DNA of 64,000 nucleotides, taken from assembly GCA_035635575.1 (NCBI GenBank), contig DASQAV010000031.1, positions 1,527-65,526 on the forward strand, written 5' to 3'. Origin of the DNA: Candidatus Dormiibacterota bacterium (GTDB lineage: Bacteria; Eisenbacteria; RBG-16-71-46; SZUA-252). Below, piece by piece: positions 8,772-18,331 of the stretch. Position numbers and translations under genes: made by a program. The notes below the pieces were generated by a model. It did not search any database. It was not told the origin of the DNA and saw nothing but the letters and a program-made list of their open reading frames with translations. The number at the start of each line of letters is the position of its first letter. Within the stretch, counting starts at the first letter, position 1.

Positions 8772-11030
8772 ATGAATCCCCGCCGCCTCAGCCTGTTCGC
8801 CGTCGTCCTGTGTGCCCTGCTCGCCGCCTCCTCGACGCACGCCCAGGCGCCCGGCAATCCAATCTTACGCGGCAGGATCACCGACGCCACCGGGGCACCC
8901 GTCGCGGGCGCCGTGCTCGAGATCAAGGGAACGCGCCTGCGCGCCACCTCGGGCGAGGACGGCTCCTATCGAATCGAGGTGCGCCCGGGCTCCTACACCC
9001 TCGTGGTGAAGCGAATCGGCTACGGCCCGGAAGAGCGGAAAATCACGGTTCCCGGTCCGGAGACGGAAGGCGAAGGCCTGGATCTGACGCTCGCATCGGC
9101 GCCCGTCCCCATGGAGCCCCTCGAGATCGCGGGGACGTGGTCCCTCATTCACGCGCGCGGTTTTGCGCTCCCCGTCGCGGATCTCTCCGGCGACCGGCTC
9201 CGGAATGGCGCCACGGTCTCGCTCGCGAGGGCGATCGAGGGCCTGGCCGGTATCCACGACCTGCACACCGGGGAACAGATTGGAACGCCCGTGATTCGAG
9301 GCATGACGGGCGCGCGCGTCCTCGTCCTGGATGACGGCCTTCGCATGGAGGACTACTCCTGGAGCGAAGAGGACGGACCTTCCATCGACGCGCGTCTCGC
9401 GGATCGCGTGGAGGTGGTTCGTGGCCCCGCAAGCGTCCTGTTCGGCTCGGACGCGCTTGGTGGAGTGGCGAACGCGATCCCCCGGAGCGTCTTCGCGGAT
9501 ACGCCGGAGCAGGCGGGCTCGCATTTCGGGCAGGAGGCGTATCTGTCCTCCAACAATCTGGAATTCGGGGGCGCATTCCTGGCCGAGCGCCGGGACACGG
9601 GGTTCGGATGGCGCGTGTTCGGGCTGGGGCGAAAGGGGGATGACTTCAAGACGCCCTCGGGGAAGCTGGAGAACACGGGCTTCGGCGCGGGGAATGGGGA
9701 AGCGATGATCGGAAAGCGCGGCGCCTCGGGAAGCTGGACCGCCCGCTATGCCCGGTACAGCGGTGAGTTCAAATTGCTCGAGGCGGGGGACTCCGCTGCC
9801 GCCGGCGAGGGAGGAGGGCCCGAGCGCAAGGCGGGCGACGATCGAGTCCAGCTCTCCACGATGCGTCACGTGGGAGGTATCCGGCTCGAGGCACGCGGCC
9901 AGTGGCAACGGCACTCGCTCATCGAGGTGGCCGACGAGGCGGATTCCACGGGCGCCCCGATTCCCGGGAGCGAGACCGAGCAGTTCAACCTGCTTCTCAG
10001 CACGGTCTCCCTGGAGCTCCTCGCGCACCATGGCAAGGGCCGCTTCTCCGGCACGCTCGGGTTCTCCGGCCAGCTCCAGAAGAACGATACGAGGGGACCC
10101 ATCCCCATGGTGCCCGATGCCGACGTGCGGTCGAGCGGCGTGTTCGCGCTGGAGCGTGTCGATCTGGGACGGATGAGCCTCCTGGGCGGCATTCGAGGCG
10201 ATTTCCGCGAGGTCCAGGCGGATTCCAACGCGGGCCTCGGCCTCGCCGCCGAGACGAGGGATTTCCGGGAGCTGAGCGGCTCGCTGGGCGCGGTCTACGA
10301 TCTCCGAAATGGGTGCTCGCTCCGGGCCAACGTGGGAAGGGCCTGGCGGGCGCCCACGCTCTTCGAGCTCTACACGAACGGGCCGCATCTCGCGGAGGAG
10401 CGATACGAGATCGGGCGGCGGACGCTCGCCCCCGAGTCGGGAATCGAGGCGGACGCGGGGCTGCGCATCGCGCGCGCCAGGGTCAGCGTGGAGCTCAATG
10501 GCTTCTACAGCCATATCCGCGACTTCATCTACCTCGCTCCGACGGGCGCCTTCCAGGGGCCGCTTCGCGTCTACCAGCACGAGCAGGCAAAGGCGAGGCT
10601 TGCGGGTGGGGAGATCTCCGCGGACGTGAAGCCGGGCGGCTCCTTCACGATCCACAGCCGGCTCGACTACACGAGGGGACAGAACGAGACGCTGCACGAG
10701 CCGCTTCCGCTCATCCCGCCGCTCCACGGCGCGGTCGGTCTCGAGCGCGGATTTCGTAGGGGCTCTCTGGGCGCCTCGAGCGCTGGCCTCGAGCTGGAGC
10801 TGGTCGCGAAACAGACGCGCCTCAGCGCGTTCGACGTTCCCACAGCGGGCTATGCCCTGGTGAACGCGGAAGCCGGCGTCCGCCCCAACCTGGGAGGGCA
10901 GCAGCTTCGCATCGATCTCAGGGTTCGAAACCTGGCCGACCGCCCCTATCGCGACTACCTGAGCCGCTACAAGGAGTTCGCCCTGGATCCAGGCCGGAAC
11001 GTGACGCTGAGAATCACCCGGGGGATCTAG
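8772..11030 (+). CDS. TonB-dependent outer-membrane receptor with an N-terminal CarbopepD_reg domain
   Basis: Signal peptide MNPRRLSLFAVVLCALLAASSTHAQA. ILRGRITDATGAPVAGAVLEIKGT...DGSYRIEVRPGSYTLVV matches CarbopepD_reg. Plug-like region (LEIAGTWSLIHARG..., VIRGMTGARVLVLDDG). A barrel follows, ending TLRITRGI. The ATG at 8772 is preferred over the ORF-track start 8733. Confidence 0.8.
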   Translation: MNPRRLSLFAVVLCALLAASSTHAQAPGNPILRGRITDATGAPVAGAVLEIKGTRLRATSGEDGSYRIEVRPGSYTLVVKRIGYGPEERKITVPGPETEGEGLDLTLASAPVPMEPLEIAGTWSLIHARGFALPVADLSGDRLRNGATVSLARAIEGLAGIHDLHTGEQIGTPVIRGMTGARVLVLDDGLRMEDYSWSEEDGPSIDARLADRVEVVRGPASVLFGSDALGGVANAIPRSVFADTPEQAGSHFGQEAYLSSNNLEFGGAFLAERRDTGFGWRVFGLGRKGDDFKTPSGKLENTGFGAGNGEAMIGKRGASGSWTARYARYSGEFKLLEAGDSAAAGEGGGPERKAGDDRVQLSTMRHVGGIRLEARGQWQRHSLIEVADEADSTGAPIPGSETEQFNLLLSTVSLELLAHHGKGRFSGTLGFSGQLQKNDTRGPIPMVPDADVRSSGVFALERVDLGRMSLLGGIRGDFREVQADSNAGLGLAAETRDFRELSGSLGAVYDLRNGCSLRANVGRAWRAPTLFELYTNGPHLAEERYEIGRRTLAPESGIEADAGLRIARARVSVELNGFYSHIRDFIYLAPTGAFQGPLRVYQHEQAKARLAGGEISADVKPGGSFTIHSRLDYTRGQNETLHEPLPLIPPLHGAVGLERGFRRGSLGASSAGLELELVAKQTRLSAFDVPTAGYALVNAEAGVRPNLGGQQLRIDLRVRNLADRPYRDYLSRYKEFALDPGRNVTLRITRGI

Positions 11031-11047
11031 GCGGGGGCGAGCGAGGG

Positions 11048-13666
11048 TTATCCCGCTCGGGACTCGGTGATCAGATCCGCGATCCTTCGCGCCAGCTCGC
11101 GCATCTCGACCGGCTTCGCGATGTGGAGGTCGAATCCAGCGCGCAACGCCTGGTCCACGTCCTCTCTCGCCGCATAGGCCGTGAGCGCCACGGCGGGAAC
11201 CTTCCCGCCCTGCTCCCGGGGAAGCGATCGTACCTCGCGGATCAGGTCATATCCGCTCTTTCCCGGCATCGCGATGTCGCTGATCAGGAGATCCGGCGGC
11301 CCCTCCTCGAGGGACGTGATCGCGTCACGGGCGGAGCTCACGGCCAGGACGTCCGCCCCGCATCGGGACAGATACATCGCGATCAGCTCCCTCGAATCTA
11401 TCTCGTCTTCCACGAGAAGGATGCGCCTGCCGCGTAAGCCCGGCGCGGCGTCGCCGTCATCGGAGTCTGCCGCCGCCGCGCCGCCGGCACGAGCTTCCAC
11501 GCGGTCCGCGAGCGGGAGCACCACCTCGAACGCGGCGCCTTTCCCCGGCCGGTTGGATGCGGACACGGTGCCCTGATGGAGCTCCACCAGCCGCTTCACG
11601 ATCGCCAGACCCAACCCCAGCCCGCCGTGACGCCGGGTCCCGGTCGCGTCCGACTGCCGGAAGCGCTCGAAGATGTAGGGCAGGAACTCGGGATCGATTC
11701 CAGGTCCGTCGTCCTCCACGAGAATCCGCGCCGAGGATCCCGCCTGCGTGATGCGGACCGTGACCTGGCCCTTCTCGGGCGCGAACTTGATGGCATTGGA
11801 GAGCAGGTTCCAGACGATCTGCTGCAGGCGATCGGGGTCTCCGACAACGGGGCCGCTGAGATTGTCCACGTCCCGCTCCAGCGCCACCTTCCTGGCCTCG
11901 GCCGCCGGCCTCATCGTGTCGAGCGCGCCGTCCACGACCGAGGCGACCTGCACTGGCTCCTTCTTCAACTCCAGCCGGCCCGAGGTCATGCGCGAGATGT
12001 CCAGGATGTCCGAGATGAGATGGCCCTGGATCTTCACGTTGCGATCGATGGTCTCTACCGCGCGCGCCGTCATGGCCGGGTCGAGCTTACCCTCCTTGAG
12101 CAGACTGGCCCACCCGGCCATCGCATTGAGCGGAGTCCGGAGCTCGTGGGAGAGAATGGCCAGGAATTCGTCCTTGAGACGATTGGCCTCCTCGGCCTCC
12201 ATGCGTCTCATATGCTCGCGAGCCAGCGCCTCTCGCTCGTTCTCGGTGACTTTGTGCTCGGTGATGTCCTGCGACGTGCCCGCCATGCGGATCGGCCGGC
12301 CGCTCGGGTCCAGGGAGACATCCCCTTGCCCCAGCACGATCCGCTCGCTTCCGTCCGGGCGAAGGATGCGATGCTCGAAGGTGAAGGGACGCTTGGCCTG
12401 GAGCGCCGAGGACACGACCTCGCGGGCGTAGGCGCGATCCTCGGGGTGAATGAGGTTCAGATAGGCGTCGTAGGTCAAGGTGAAGGATGCCGGGTCGAGA
12501 CCGTAGATCGAGTAAAGCTCCTGCGACCACCAGATCGTGTCCTCCGCGATGTCCCATTCCCAGCTCCCCATCCGTGCCGCGCGCTGGGCTTCGCGCAGGC
12601 GGGCCTCGCTGCGCTCCAGCTTCCTGCCCTGCCGCGCCCGCTTCGTGGCCTCCTCCCGGAGCTCCTCGTTCGCGCGCCAGATCTGCGCGGTTCGCTCCAT
12701 GACGCGCCGCTCCAGCTCCTCGTTGAGGTGCCGCACCGAGGACTCCACGCGCCGGCGTCCCACCACAGCCGCGGCGGTCGAGATCATCGTGACCGAGAGA
12801 ACCGCCATGAATCCCTGGAGCAGGAGCAAGGACTCGTTCATGGGACGGCCCGCGAAGGGCCCGTGGCTCGCCAGCGTTCCCTGAATCGCGATCGCGGAGA
12901 GAATCGTGAGGGCCGCGGCGCATTCGCGCTGTCCGAACCGGAACGCGCTCCACAAGAGTGGCGGGAGGCACAGGTACTGGATGGGATAGCGCTTTCCTTC
13001 GACCGGAGACCAGCCCGAGAACACGAAGAAGGCCAGCGCGACCAGACTGAGGCTCAGGGCCAGGAACTCGGCCCACCGGCGTGGTGTCCAATGAAACTCG
13101 TGATCGAGCCACCAGAGAAGAACCAGGGGGGTGACCACGAGCGCTCCGGAAGCGTCGCCCAGCCACCACGTGATCCAGATCGGCCAGAAATCGCTCCCCT
13201 TGGCGAGGCCGCCGATCAGGAGGGTCGTGGCGCCGATCGTCGCGCTCACCGCCGGCGCCAGCATGCCGGCGAGCCCGGCGAACTTGAAGGTGGTGCTCGG
13301 CTGATCGAAGACCTTGCGCCCTCCGGCAAGGCGTTGCACCAGGTGGGCTCCAAACGCCCCCTCGAGCGCGTTCCCCACGGCGATTCCAAGCGAGGTGGCC
13401 GGCGTGCCCGCGTTGGTGACGTTGACGACAAACGCCCCGAGCAGCACGGCGGGCCAGATGCGGAATCCCAGGAGGAGAAAGGCCGCGAGCGCGATCCCCG
13501 TCGGGGGCCAGACCGCGGTCGCGCTGGCGTTCACGGAGGCGAAGTGGAGTCCGATCTTCCCCGCGACCACGTAGGCCACGGTGACGATGATGAAAGCGAG
13601 GAGGTCCTGCCCGCGAGGGCGGGGGAGGGGTATCGGGCCCATGGGGTGGCATTGATGATAACCCAA
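11048..13666 (-). CDS. hybrid sensor histidine kinase: N-terminal polytopic MASE1-like sensor, PAS, HisKA, HATPase_c, and a C-terminal REC receiver
   Basis: About 8 N-terminal TM helices. PAS-like segment (SWEWDIAEDTIWWSQELYSIYG). H-box FLAILSHELRTPLNAM. ATPase motifs (LLSNAIKF, VEDDGPGI, GGLGLGLAIV). Receiver RILLVEDEIDSRELIAMYL...LLISDIAMPGKSGYDL. Confidence 0.85.
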   Translation of the reverse strand: MGYHQCHPMGPIPLPRPRGQDLLAFIIVTVAYVVAGKIGLHFASVNASATAVWPPTGIALAAFLLLGFRIWPAVLLGAFVVNVTNAGTPATSLGIAVGNALEGAFGAHLVQRLAGGRKVFDQPSTTFKFAGLAGMLAPAVSATIGATTLLIGGLAKGSDFWPIWITWWLGDASGALVVTPLVLLWWLDHEFHWTPRRWAEFLALSLSLVALAFFVFSGWSPVEGKRYPIQYLCLPPLLWSAFRFGQRECAAALTILSAIAIQGTLASHGPFAGRPMNESLLLLQGFMAVLSVTMISTAAAVVGRRRVESSVRHLNEELERRVMERTAQIWRANEELREEATKRARQGRKLERSEARLREAQRAARMGSWEWDIAEDTIWWSQELYSIYGLDPASFTLTYDAYLNLIHPEDRAYAREVVSSALQAKRPFTFEHRILRPDGSERIVLGQGDVSLDPSGRPIRMAGTSQDITEHKVTENEREALAREHMRRMEAEEANRLKDEFLAILSHELRTPLNAMAGWASLLKEGKLDPAMTARAVETIDRNVKIQGHLISDILDISRMTSGRLELKKEPVQVASVVDGALDTMRPAAEARKVALERDVDNLSGPVVGDPDRLQQIVWNLLSNAIKFAPEKGQVTVRITQAGSSARILVEDDGPGIDPEFLPYIFERFRQSDATGTRRHGGLGLGLAIVKRLVELHQGTVSASNRPGKGAAFEVVLPLADRVEARAGGAAAADSDDGDAAPGLRGRRILLVEDEIDSRELIAMYLSRCGADVLAVSSARDAITSLEEGPPDLLISDIAMPGKSGYDLIREVRSLPREQGGKVPAVALTAYAAREDVDQALRAGFDLHIAKPVEMRELARRIADLITESRAG

Positions 13667-13718
13667 ACGCTATATTGGGTTCCGTGCGGATCGATGGTTT
13701 CAGGATCAGTAGGGTTGC

Positions 13719-15368
13719 GTGACGGCCCGCCGCGATCTCGCGATTCTCGCCGTCGCGGCGGCGCTCCTCTATTTCATCCGGCTCGGCTCGACCGACCTCG
13801 CGTTCTGGGATGAGATTCTCTACGCCACCCGGGCGCTCTCCATCGGACACGAGAGCGGCTGGCTCGATCAGACGGCGGGATCCGTGGGAGGACTCTGGAC
13901 CGCGGCGCATCCGCCGCTTCTGATCTGGCAGATGGCGGGCCTGACGGCGCTCTTCGGCCCCTCGGAGTGGGCGCTCCGGGCACCGGCGGCTCTGGCGGGA
14001 ATCGGGTGCGTTCTCGTCCTCTATCTCCTCGTCCGCCGCCTCGCGATCGATCCGGCCGTGGCCCGGATCGCGGCGGGGGCCCTGCTCCTGACTCCTTACT
14101 TCACCCAGTATGCTCGCCGGGCACAGCTCGACGTCCCGGTCCTCTTCTGGATCCTCCTTTGCCTCTATTGCGGCTGGCGTGGAGTGTCGGGGCCGCTTCG
14201 GTGGTTCGCCCTTTCGGGAGTCGCGCTGGGTCTCGGGCTCATGTCCAAGATCCTCGTGGCATTCCTGGGACCGATCATCCTCGGGGTGTTCGTCCTTTCC
14301 GAAGCCGTGTCCGGCTCACGTGGCCGGGCCGCGCGCGGGTTCGTGGGAGTGGCGCTGATGATGGCGATCGGCGCCGCGATCGCCGCTCCGTGGCACCTCT
14401 ACATGACCGCGAAGCTGGGCCCGACGTACTGGACTCAGGCGCTGGGGTATCACGTCCTCTCGCGCACGTTGACGCCACTCGAAGGGCATTCCTCCAGCCT
14501 GGGGGTCTTCTACTGGCCCCACCAGATCCTCGTTCGCCTCGGACCGCTCTTCCCGTTCCTGCTCCTCGGGCTGTCGCGCGAAGGGACGAAGACGGAGCTC
14601 GGGGATGGCGCGCGCCGGTTTCTTCTCTGCTGGGTGCTCGTGCCGCTCTTCGCGTTCACGATCGTCGCGACGAAGTTCCATCCGTACGTGCTGCTCTTCC
14701 TCGTCCCCTTGGTTGTTTTCGCCGCTCTGGGGATCCATGCCACCTGGCGCGGGGCAGTGCGTCCGGCCGTCGCGGGCGCGCTCCTGCCCGCGTCGCTGAC
14801 CTGCCTTGTCTGGAGTGTCTCGCTCACGCTCCAGCGGCATCTGGAGTCGGTGGTGGCCGCGCTGGACAGCCGGCACCTCCACCCCGGGCCCGATCTCGCG
14901 CCCGTCGTCACGTTCGCGCTCGGGTCGGGCGCCGCCATCGCCCTGGGTGGATTCGCGGCGCGCGTGACCCGGGAGGGAACGCGGCTCGCACGGATCTCCC
15001 GCGCCTCCGTCGTGGCGGCACTCCTACCCGCTCTGGTGCTCGGTCTCGTGCCTCTAGCGAGAGGACATGGATCGTGGAGAGAGCTCCGGTCCGAGCTGCG
15101 GAGGACCACTCGCGATCGCGTCCTCCTGATCTGCGAGGACCCCGCGGTGGGGCGCTACCAGTTACGAGCCGCCCGGCTGCCGGCCCGCGCCGCGTGGACG
15201 GTCGTTCCGAGAGACAGCGCAGGCTTCGCGCTCCAGGCGTCGGAGCCCCCGGACGGATCCAACCCATGCGTCGTGGTGGAGACGTCCGGAAATGATTCGC
15301 TCCCACGCGCCGCGGGATACCAGGAGCGCTGGCGGAATCGTCGATTCGTTCTCTTCGAGCGAATCTGA
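13719..15368 (+). CDS. GT-C fold glycosyltransferase, family 39/83-like (ArnT / dolichyl-phosphate-mannose-protein mannosyltransferase PMT_2-like) membrane protein
   Basis: N-terminal region YFIRLGSTDLAFWDEILYATRALSI...WLDQ...HPPLLIWQMAGLTALFG, followed by multiple TM helices (LGLMSKILVAFLGPIILGVFV). This is typical of ArnT/PMT_2-family proteins. Confidence 0.7.
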   Translation: MTARRDLAILAVAAALLYFIRLGSTDLAFWDEILYATRALSIGHESGWLDQTAGSVGGLWTAAHPPLLIWQMAGLTALFGPSEWALRAPAALAGIGCVLVLYLLVRRLAIDPAVARIAAGALLLTPYFTQYARRAQLDVPVLFWILLCLYCGWRGVSGPLRWFALSGVALGLGLMSKILVAFLGPIILGVFVLSEAVSGSRGRAARGFVGVALMMAIGAAIAAPWHLYMTAKLGPTYWTQALGYHVLSRTLTPLEGHSSSLGVFYWPHQILVRLGPLFPFLLLGLSREGTKTELGDGARRFLLCWVLVPLFAFTIVATKFHPYVLLFLVPLVVFAALGIHATWRGAVRPAVAGALLPASLTCLVWSVSLTLQRHLESVVAALDSRHLHPGPDLAPVVTFALGSGAAIALGGFAARVTREGTRLARISRASVVAALLPALVLGLVPLARGHGSWRELRSELRRTTRDRVLLICEDPAVGRYQLRAARLPARAAWTVVPRDSAGFALQASEPPDGSNPCVVVETSGNDSLPRAAGYQERWRNRRFVLFERI

Positions 15369-15495
15369 GCCTGAACCGGTTGCTCGTAATTTGGGGGGTG
15401 GCTTGCCGGAGAGAATCCGGGCTGCTAGAGTTGATGGGACCGTCGATCCGAGCCCCGGCCCGACGTCCCACCCGCCGACCCTCTGGAGAACGACC

Positions 15496-17529
15496 GTGCG
15501 AAAGCTTCTCGTCCTGCTCGCCACCGCCTGCGCGCTCTGCGCCGCGGCCCCGAATCAGCCCCAGGTTGGACCGTGGGGAGTGCACCTCGAGTACATCGAT
15601 CCCTCGGTGGCATCCGGCCAGGATTTCTTCGCCCACGCCAACGGCCAGTGGCTGAAGACCGCCGAAATACCACCGGATCGTCCGTTCGCCGGCGCCGGCC
15701 TCGAGGTGAGCAAGCTGAACGAGGAGCGCATGAAGCAGATCGTCGGGGGACTCCATGCCTCCGCCGATCCCTCGAGCGAGGAGGGGAAGCTCAGGAACCT
15801 GTATGACGCCTTCACCGACGAAGCGCGGATCGAGGCGCGGGACCTTGGGCCCGTGGCCAGGGATCTCGAGCGGATCGCGGCGCTGAACACCCACGAGGAC
15901 GTGGCGAAGGAGATCGCGGATCCCGCGCTCCCGCTGGACGGCCCCTTTGGCTGGGGCATCGGGGCGGATGACAAGGATCCGGACGCGTACGTCGTGAGGT
16001 TCGGCCAATCCGGTCTGGGGCTTCCCGACCGCGACTACTACCTGAAAGAGGACCAGGCGCTCGCGGCCACGCGGGACGCCTACAAGAAGTACCTCGCGCA
16101 GATGCTGAGCTTCTCGGGCGTGAAAGCGCCCGAGCCCCGCGCCGCCGCGATCTACGATCTCGAGCACGCGCTGGCCGAGGTCTCCTGGCCCGCCGCGGAT
16201 CGCCGCGAGGCGGAGAAGACCTACAACCCCATGACGGTCCCGGAGCTGAGCAAGCTGGCTCCCGATTACCCGTGGGCCGCATCCTTGAGCGCCGCCGGCG
16301 TCCCCCTGAAATCGCCGCGAGGGGATCGTGTCGTGATCGTCGGGGAGAACACGGCGTTCCCCGCGCTCGCGAAGGTGTTCGCCCAGACGCCCGTCCCGGT
16401 CTGGCGCGACTACCTCACGGTGCGTACGCTGCACGGATTCGCGGCGTACCTTCCCCGGAGAATCGACGACGCCGATTTCGCGATGTACGGGACCCAGCTC
16501 CAGGGGCGGACGAAGAAGCTGGATCGCGCGACGCGCGGAGCGCGCCTCCTCGACGGCCGGATGGGCGAAGCCCTGGGGAAGATCTACGTCGCGAAATTCT
16601 TCCCGCCCGAGGCGAAGGCCAAGGTTCAGATCCTGGTCCAGAATCTGCTCCAGGCCTACCGCGAGGATCTGACCTCCCTGGACTGGATGACCGCGGAGAC
16701 CCGCCAGAAGGCGCTCGAGAAGCTGGGGCACTTCACAGTCAAGGTGGCGTACCCCGATCACTGGCGGGACTACGCGGCGCTCGAGATCAAGCGTGACGAT
16801 CTCGTGGGAGACGTGAAGCGCTCGAACGTCTTCGAGTGGGATCGCCAGGTGAAGCGGATCGACGAGAAGGTGGATCGGACGGAATGGGGCATGACGCCGC
16901 CCACCGTGAATGCGTACTACAACCCGTCCGCGAACGAGATCGTCTTTCCCGCGGGAATCCTCCAGCCGCCGTACTTCGATCCCGCGGCGGATGACGCGGT
17001 CAACTACGGCGCGATCGGAAGCGTCATCGGACACGAGATCAGCCACGGATTCGACGATCAGGGGTCGAAATACGACGGGCTGGGCGTCATGCGGATGTGG
17101 TGGACCGAGGCCGACCGGAAGAGCTTCGACGAGCGCACCACGGCGCTCGCGCAGCAGTACGACACCTACGAGCCGCTACCGGGACTTCACGTGAACGGCC
17201 GGCTGACCCTGGGGGAGAACATCGCGGACCTGGCAGGGGTAACGATCGCGCGGAAGGCGTATCACCTCTCGCTCGCGGGGAAAGAACCTCCCGTTCTCGA
17301 CGGATTCACCGGCGATCAACGGTTCTACCTGGCCTTCGCGCAGTCGTGGCGATCGAAGCACAAGGACGAGAACATGCGCCAGCGGGTGCTCTCGAATCCG
17401 CACAGCCCGCCGGCGTTCCGGGTGAACGGCGTCGTCCGCAACGACGACGGCTGGTACGCGGCGTTTCCCGAGATCAAGCCGACCGACGCCTACTACCTGC
17501 CGCCGGAGCGGCGCGTGCGTCTCTGGTGA
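15496..17529 (+). CDS. M13 family zinc metallopeptidase (neprilysin / PepO / endothelin-converting-enzyme-like)
   Basis: HEXXH motif in VIGHEISHGFDDQGS. M13-typical NAYYNPSANEIVFPAGILQPPYFD and GENIADLAGV. The ORF-track start 15292 overlaps the upstream gene. A GTG at 15496 begins a signal peptide (VRKLLVLLATACALCAAAP) and is the preferred start. Confidence 0.85.
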   Translation: MRKLLVLLATACALCAAAPNQPQVGPWGVHLEYIDPSVASGQDFFAHANGQWLKTAEIPPDRPFAGAGLEVSKLNEERMKQIVGGLHASADPSSEEGKLRNLYDAFTDEARIEARDLGPVARDLERIAALNTHEDVAKEIADPALPLDGPFGWGIGADDKDPDAYVVRFGQSGLGLPDRDYYLKEDQALAATRDAYKKYLAQMLSFSGVKAPEPRAAAIYDLEHALAEVSWPAADRREAEKTYNPMTVPELSKLAPDYPWAASLSAAGVPLKSPRGDRVVIVGENTAFPALAKVFAQTPVPVWRDYLTVRTLHGFAAYLPRRIDDADFAMYGTQLQGRTKKLDRATRGARLLDGRMGEALGKIYVAKFFPPEAKAKVQILVQNLLQAYREDLTSLDWMTAETRQKALEKLGHFTVKVAYPDHWRDYAALEIKRDDLVGDVKRSNVFEWDRQVKRIDEKVDRTEWGMTPPTVNAYYNPSANEIVFPAGILQPPYFDPAADDAVNYGAIGSVIGHEISHGFDDQGSKYDGLGVMRMWWTEADRKSFDERTTALAQQYDTYEPLPGLHVNGRLTLGENIADLAGVTIARKAYHLSLAGKEPPVLDGFTGDQRFYLAFAQSWRSKHKDENMRQRVLSNPHSPPAFRVNGVVRNDDGWYAAFPEIKPTDAYYLPPERRVRLW

Positions 17530-17531
17530 GG

Positions 17532-18329
17532 CTAGTCGACCCGGCGTAGGCGCGGCTGGAAGTCCACGTTGTCCCGCACCCAGGCGAAGAACTTCTTCTG
17601 CATGTAGAAGGGACGGTTCGGCTCGAGCAGCTTGGGATCGTCCCACTCGGACATGACGACCGCGTCCTGGGTCCAGATCTTCACGCGCTTCCGTGGCACC
17701 TCGTCCCGCCAGCACTTGCCCGTGACCGCGTCCGTGTATAGGATCCGGAGCGTGATGTTGCGGGAGAGATTCTCCAGCGGCTTCAGCGTGATGTTGCGGA
17801 ACTTGGCCGACCGGCTCTCGCCACCCAGGTCCGGCTTGCCGTCGGTGATCAGCACGATGCCGAGCGGTTTCAGGATGAGCTTCTTCGCGTCCACCATGTC
17901 GGCAACCTGCGTGAAGAAGGCGTTGTAGTCCGTGAAGGGATTCTGCTTCTTCTTCGGGAAGATGGTCACGAGCTGTGCCTCGATCTGCTCGATGTTCCGG
18001 TTCTGGAACGTCTGGATCGGATACAGCGTCTTCGCCTCGCCCTTGTTCACCCCCCCGATGGATCCTACGAACAGGGAATGGGGAATCTCCATCCCGCCGA
18101 ATCCGTTCAGGTGGCCATAGATGTACCGGGCCAGGAAGTGGATCGAATTGTCGAATTCCTTGTCGTTCATGAAGGAGCCGCTGATGTCGACGCCGATGAA
18201 GAGAACGAGGCGTCCGGGTTCCGGGGCCGCGTGGCGCTCCGGACCCTTCGTGGCCCAGGGGACGTCGGCATGGAGCGGCGCGGGCAGGAGCAACGCCGCG
18301 GCGAGAAGCAAAAGAGAAGGGATGCGCAT
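17532..18329 (-). CDS. secreted von Willebrand factor A (vWA)-like domain protein
   Basis: 265 aa. Signal peptide MRIPSLLLLAAALLLPAPLHA. MIDAS-like LVLFIGVDISGSFMN (DxSxS) and the later motif LITDGKPD. The ORF-track entry 17532..19484 is a fusion artefact. The true start ATG is at 18329. Confidence 0.7.
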   Translation of the reverse strand: MRIPSLLLLAAALLLPAPLHADVPWATKGPERHAAPEPGRLVLFIGVDISGSFMNDKEFDNSIHFLARYIYGHLNGFGGMEIPHSLFVGSIGGVNKGEAKTLYPIQTFQNRNIEQIEAQLVTIFPKKKQNPFTDYNAFFTQVADMVDAKKLILKPLGIVLITDGKPDLGGESRSAKFRNITLKPLENLSRNITLRILYTDAVTGKCWRDEVPRKRVKIWTQDAVVMSEWDDPKLLEPNRPFYMQKKFFAWVRDNVDFQPRLRRVD

Positions 18330-18331
18330 GG

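Noticed and set aside
8865-10727. 620-aa minus-strand ORF antisense to the TonB receptor gene
   Set aside because: It is a shadow ORF of a high-GC gene. The translation is Arg/Pro/Gly-rich with no domain, while the sense-strand product has unambiguous TonB-receptor architecture. The same reasoning rejects the long antisense or alternative-frame ORFs at 144..1349, 595..2478, 2400..3800, 5437..6099, 6127..7125, 6858..8336, 7264..8667, 11576..13813, 12087..13910, 13967..15295, 14908..17046, 18428..19486, 20301..20936, 21084..22160, 22569..24536, 25043..25972, 26236..27747, 26418..27614, 28746..30041, 30083..31066, 31426..33141, 32525..34012, 32917..33987, 34013..35380, 35468..36460, 36706..37953, 37152..38180, 38712..39857, 38878..40422, 41196..43709, 41615..43060, 44132..44938, 45400..46797, 45834..46760, 46388..47350, 47923..48939, 48389..49366, 49809..51416, 50579..51991, 53585..54451, 54369..55892, 55112..55843, 56055..58169, 58360..59619, 61194..61823, 61974..62822 and 62467..63309.
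11031-11047. Possible bidirectional terminator between the convergent TonB receptor and the hybrid kinase (GAGCGAGGG-ttat-CCCGCTCGG)
   Set aside because: The inverted repeat is imperfect (about 7 of 9 bp). The spacer is only 17 nt and lacks a U-tract.
15292-15495. Upstream extension of the M13 peptidase ORF
   Set aside because: It overlaps the 3' end of the GT39 gene and has no signal peptide. The GTG at 15496 begins a canonical signal sequence.
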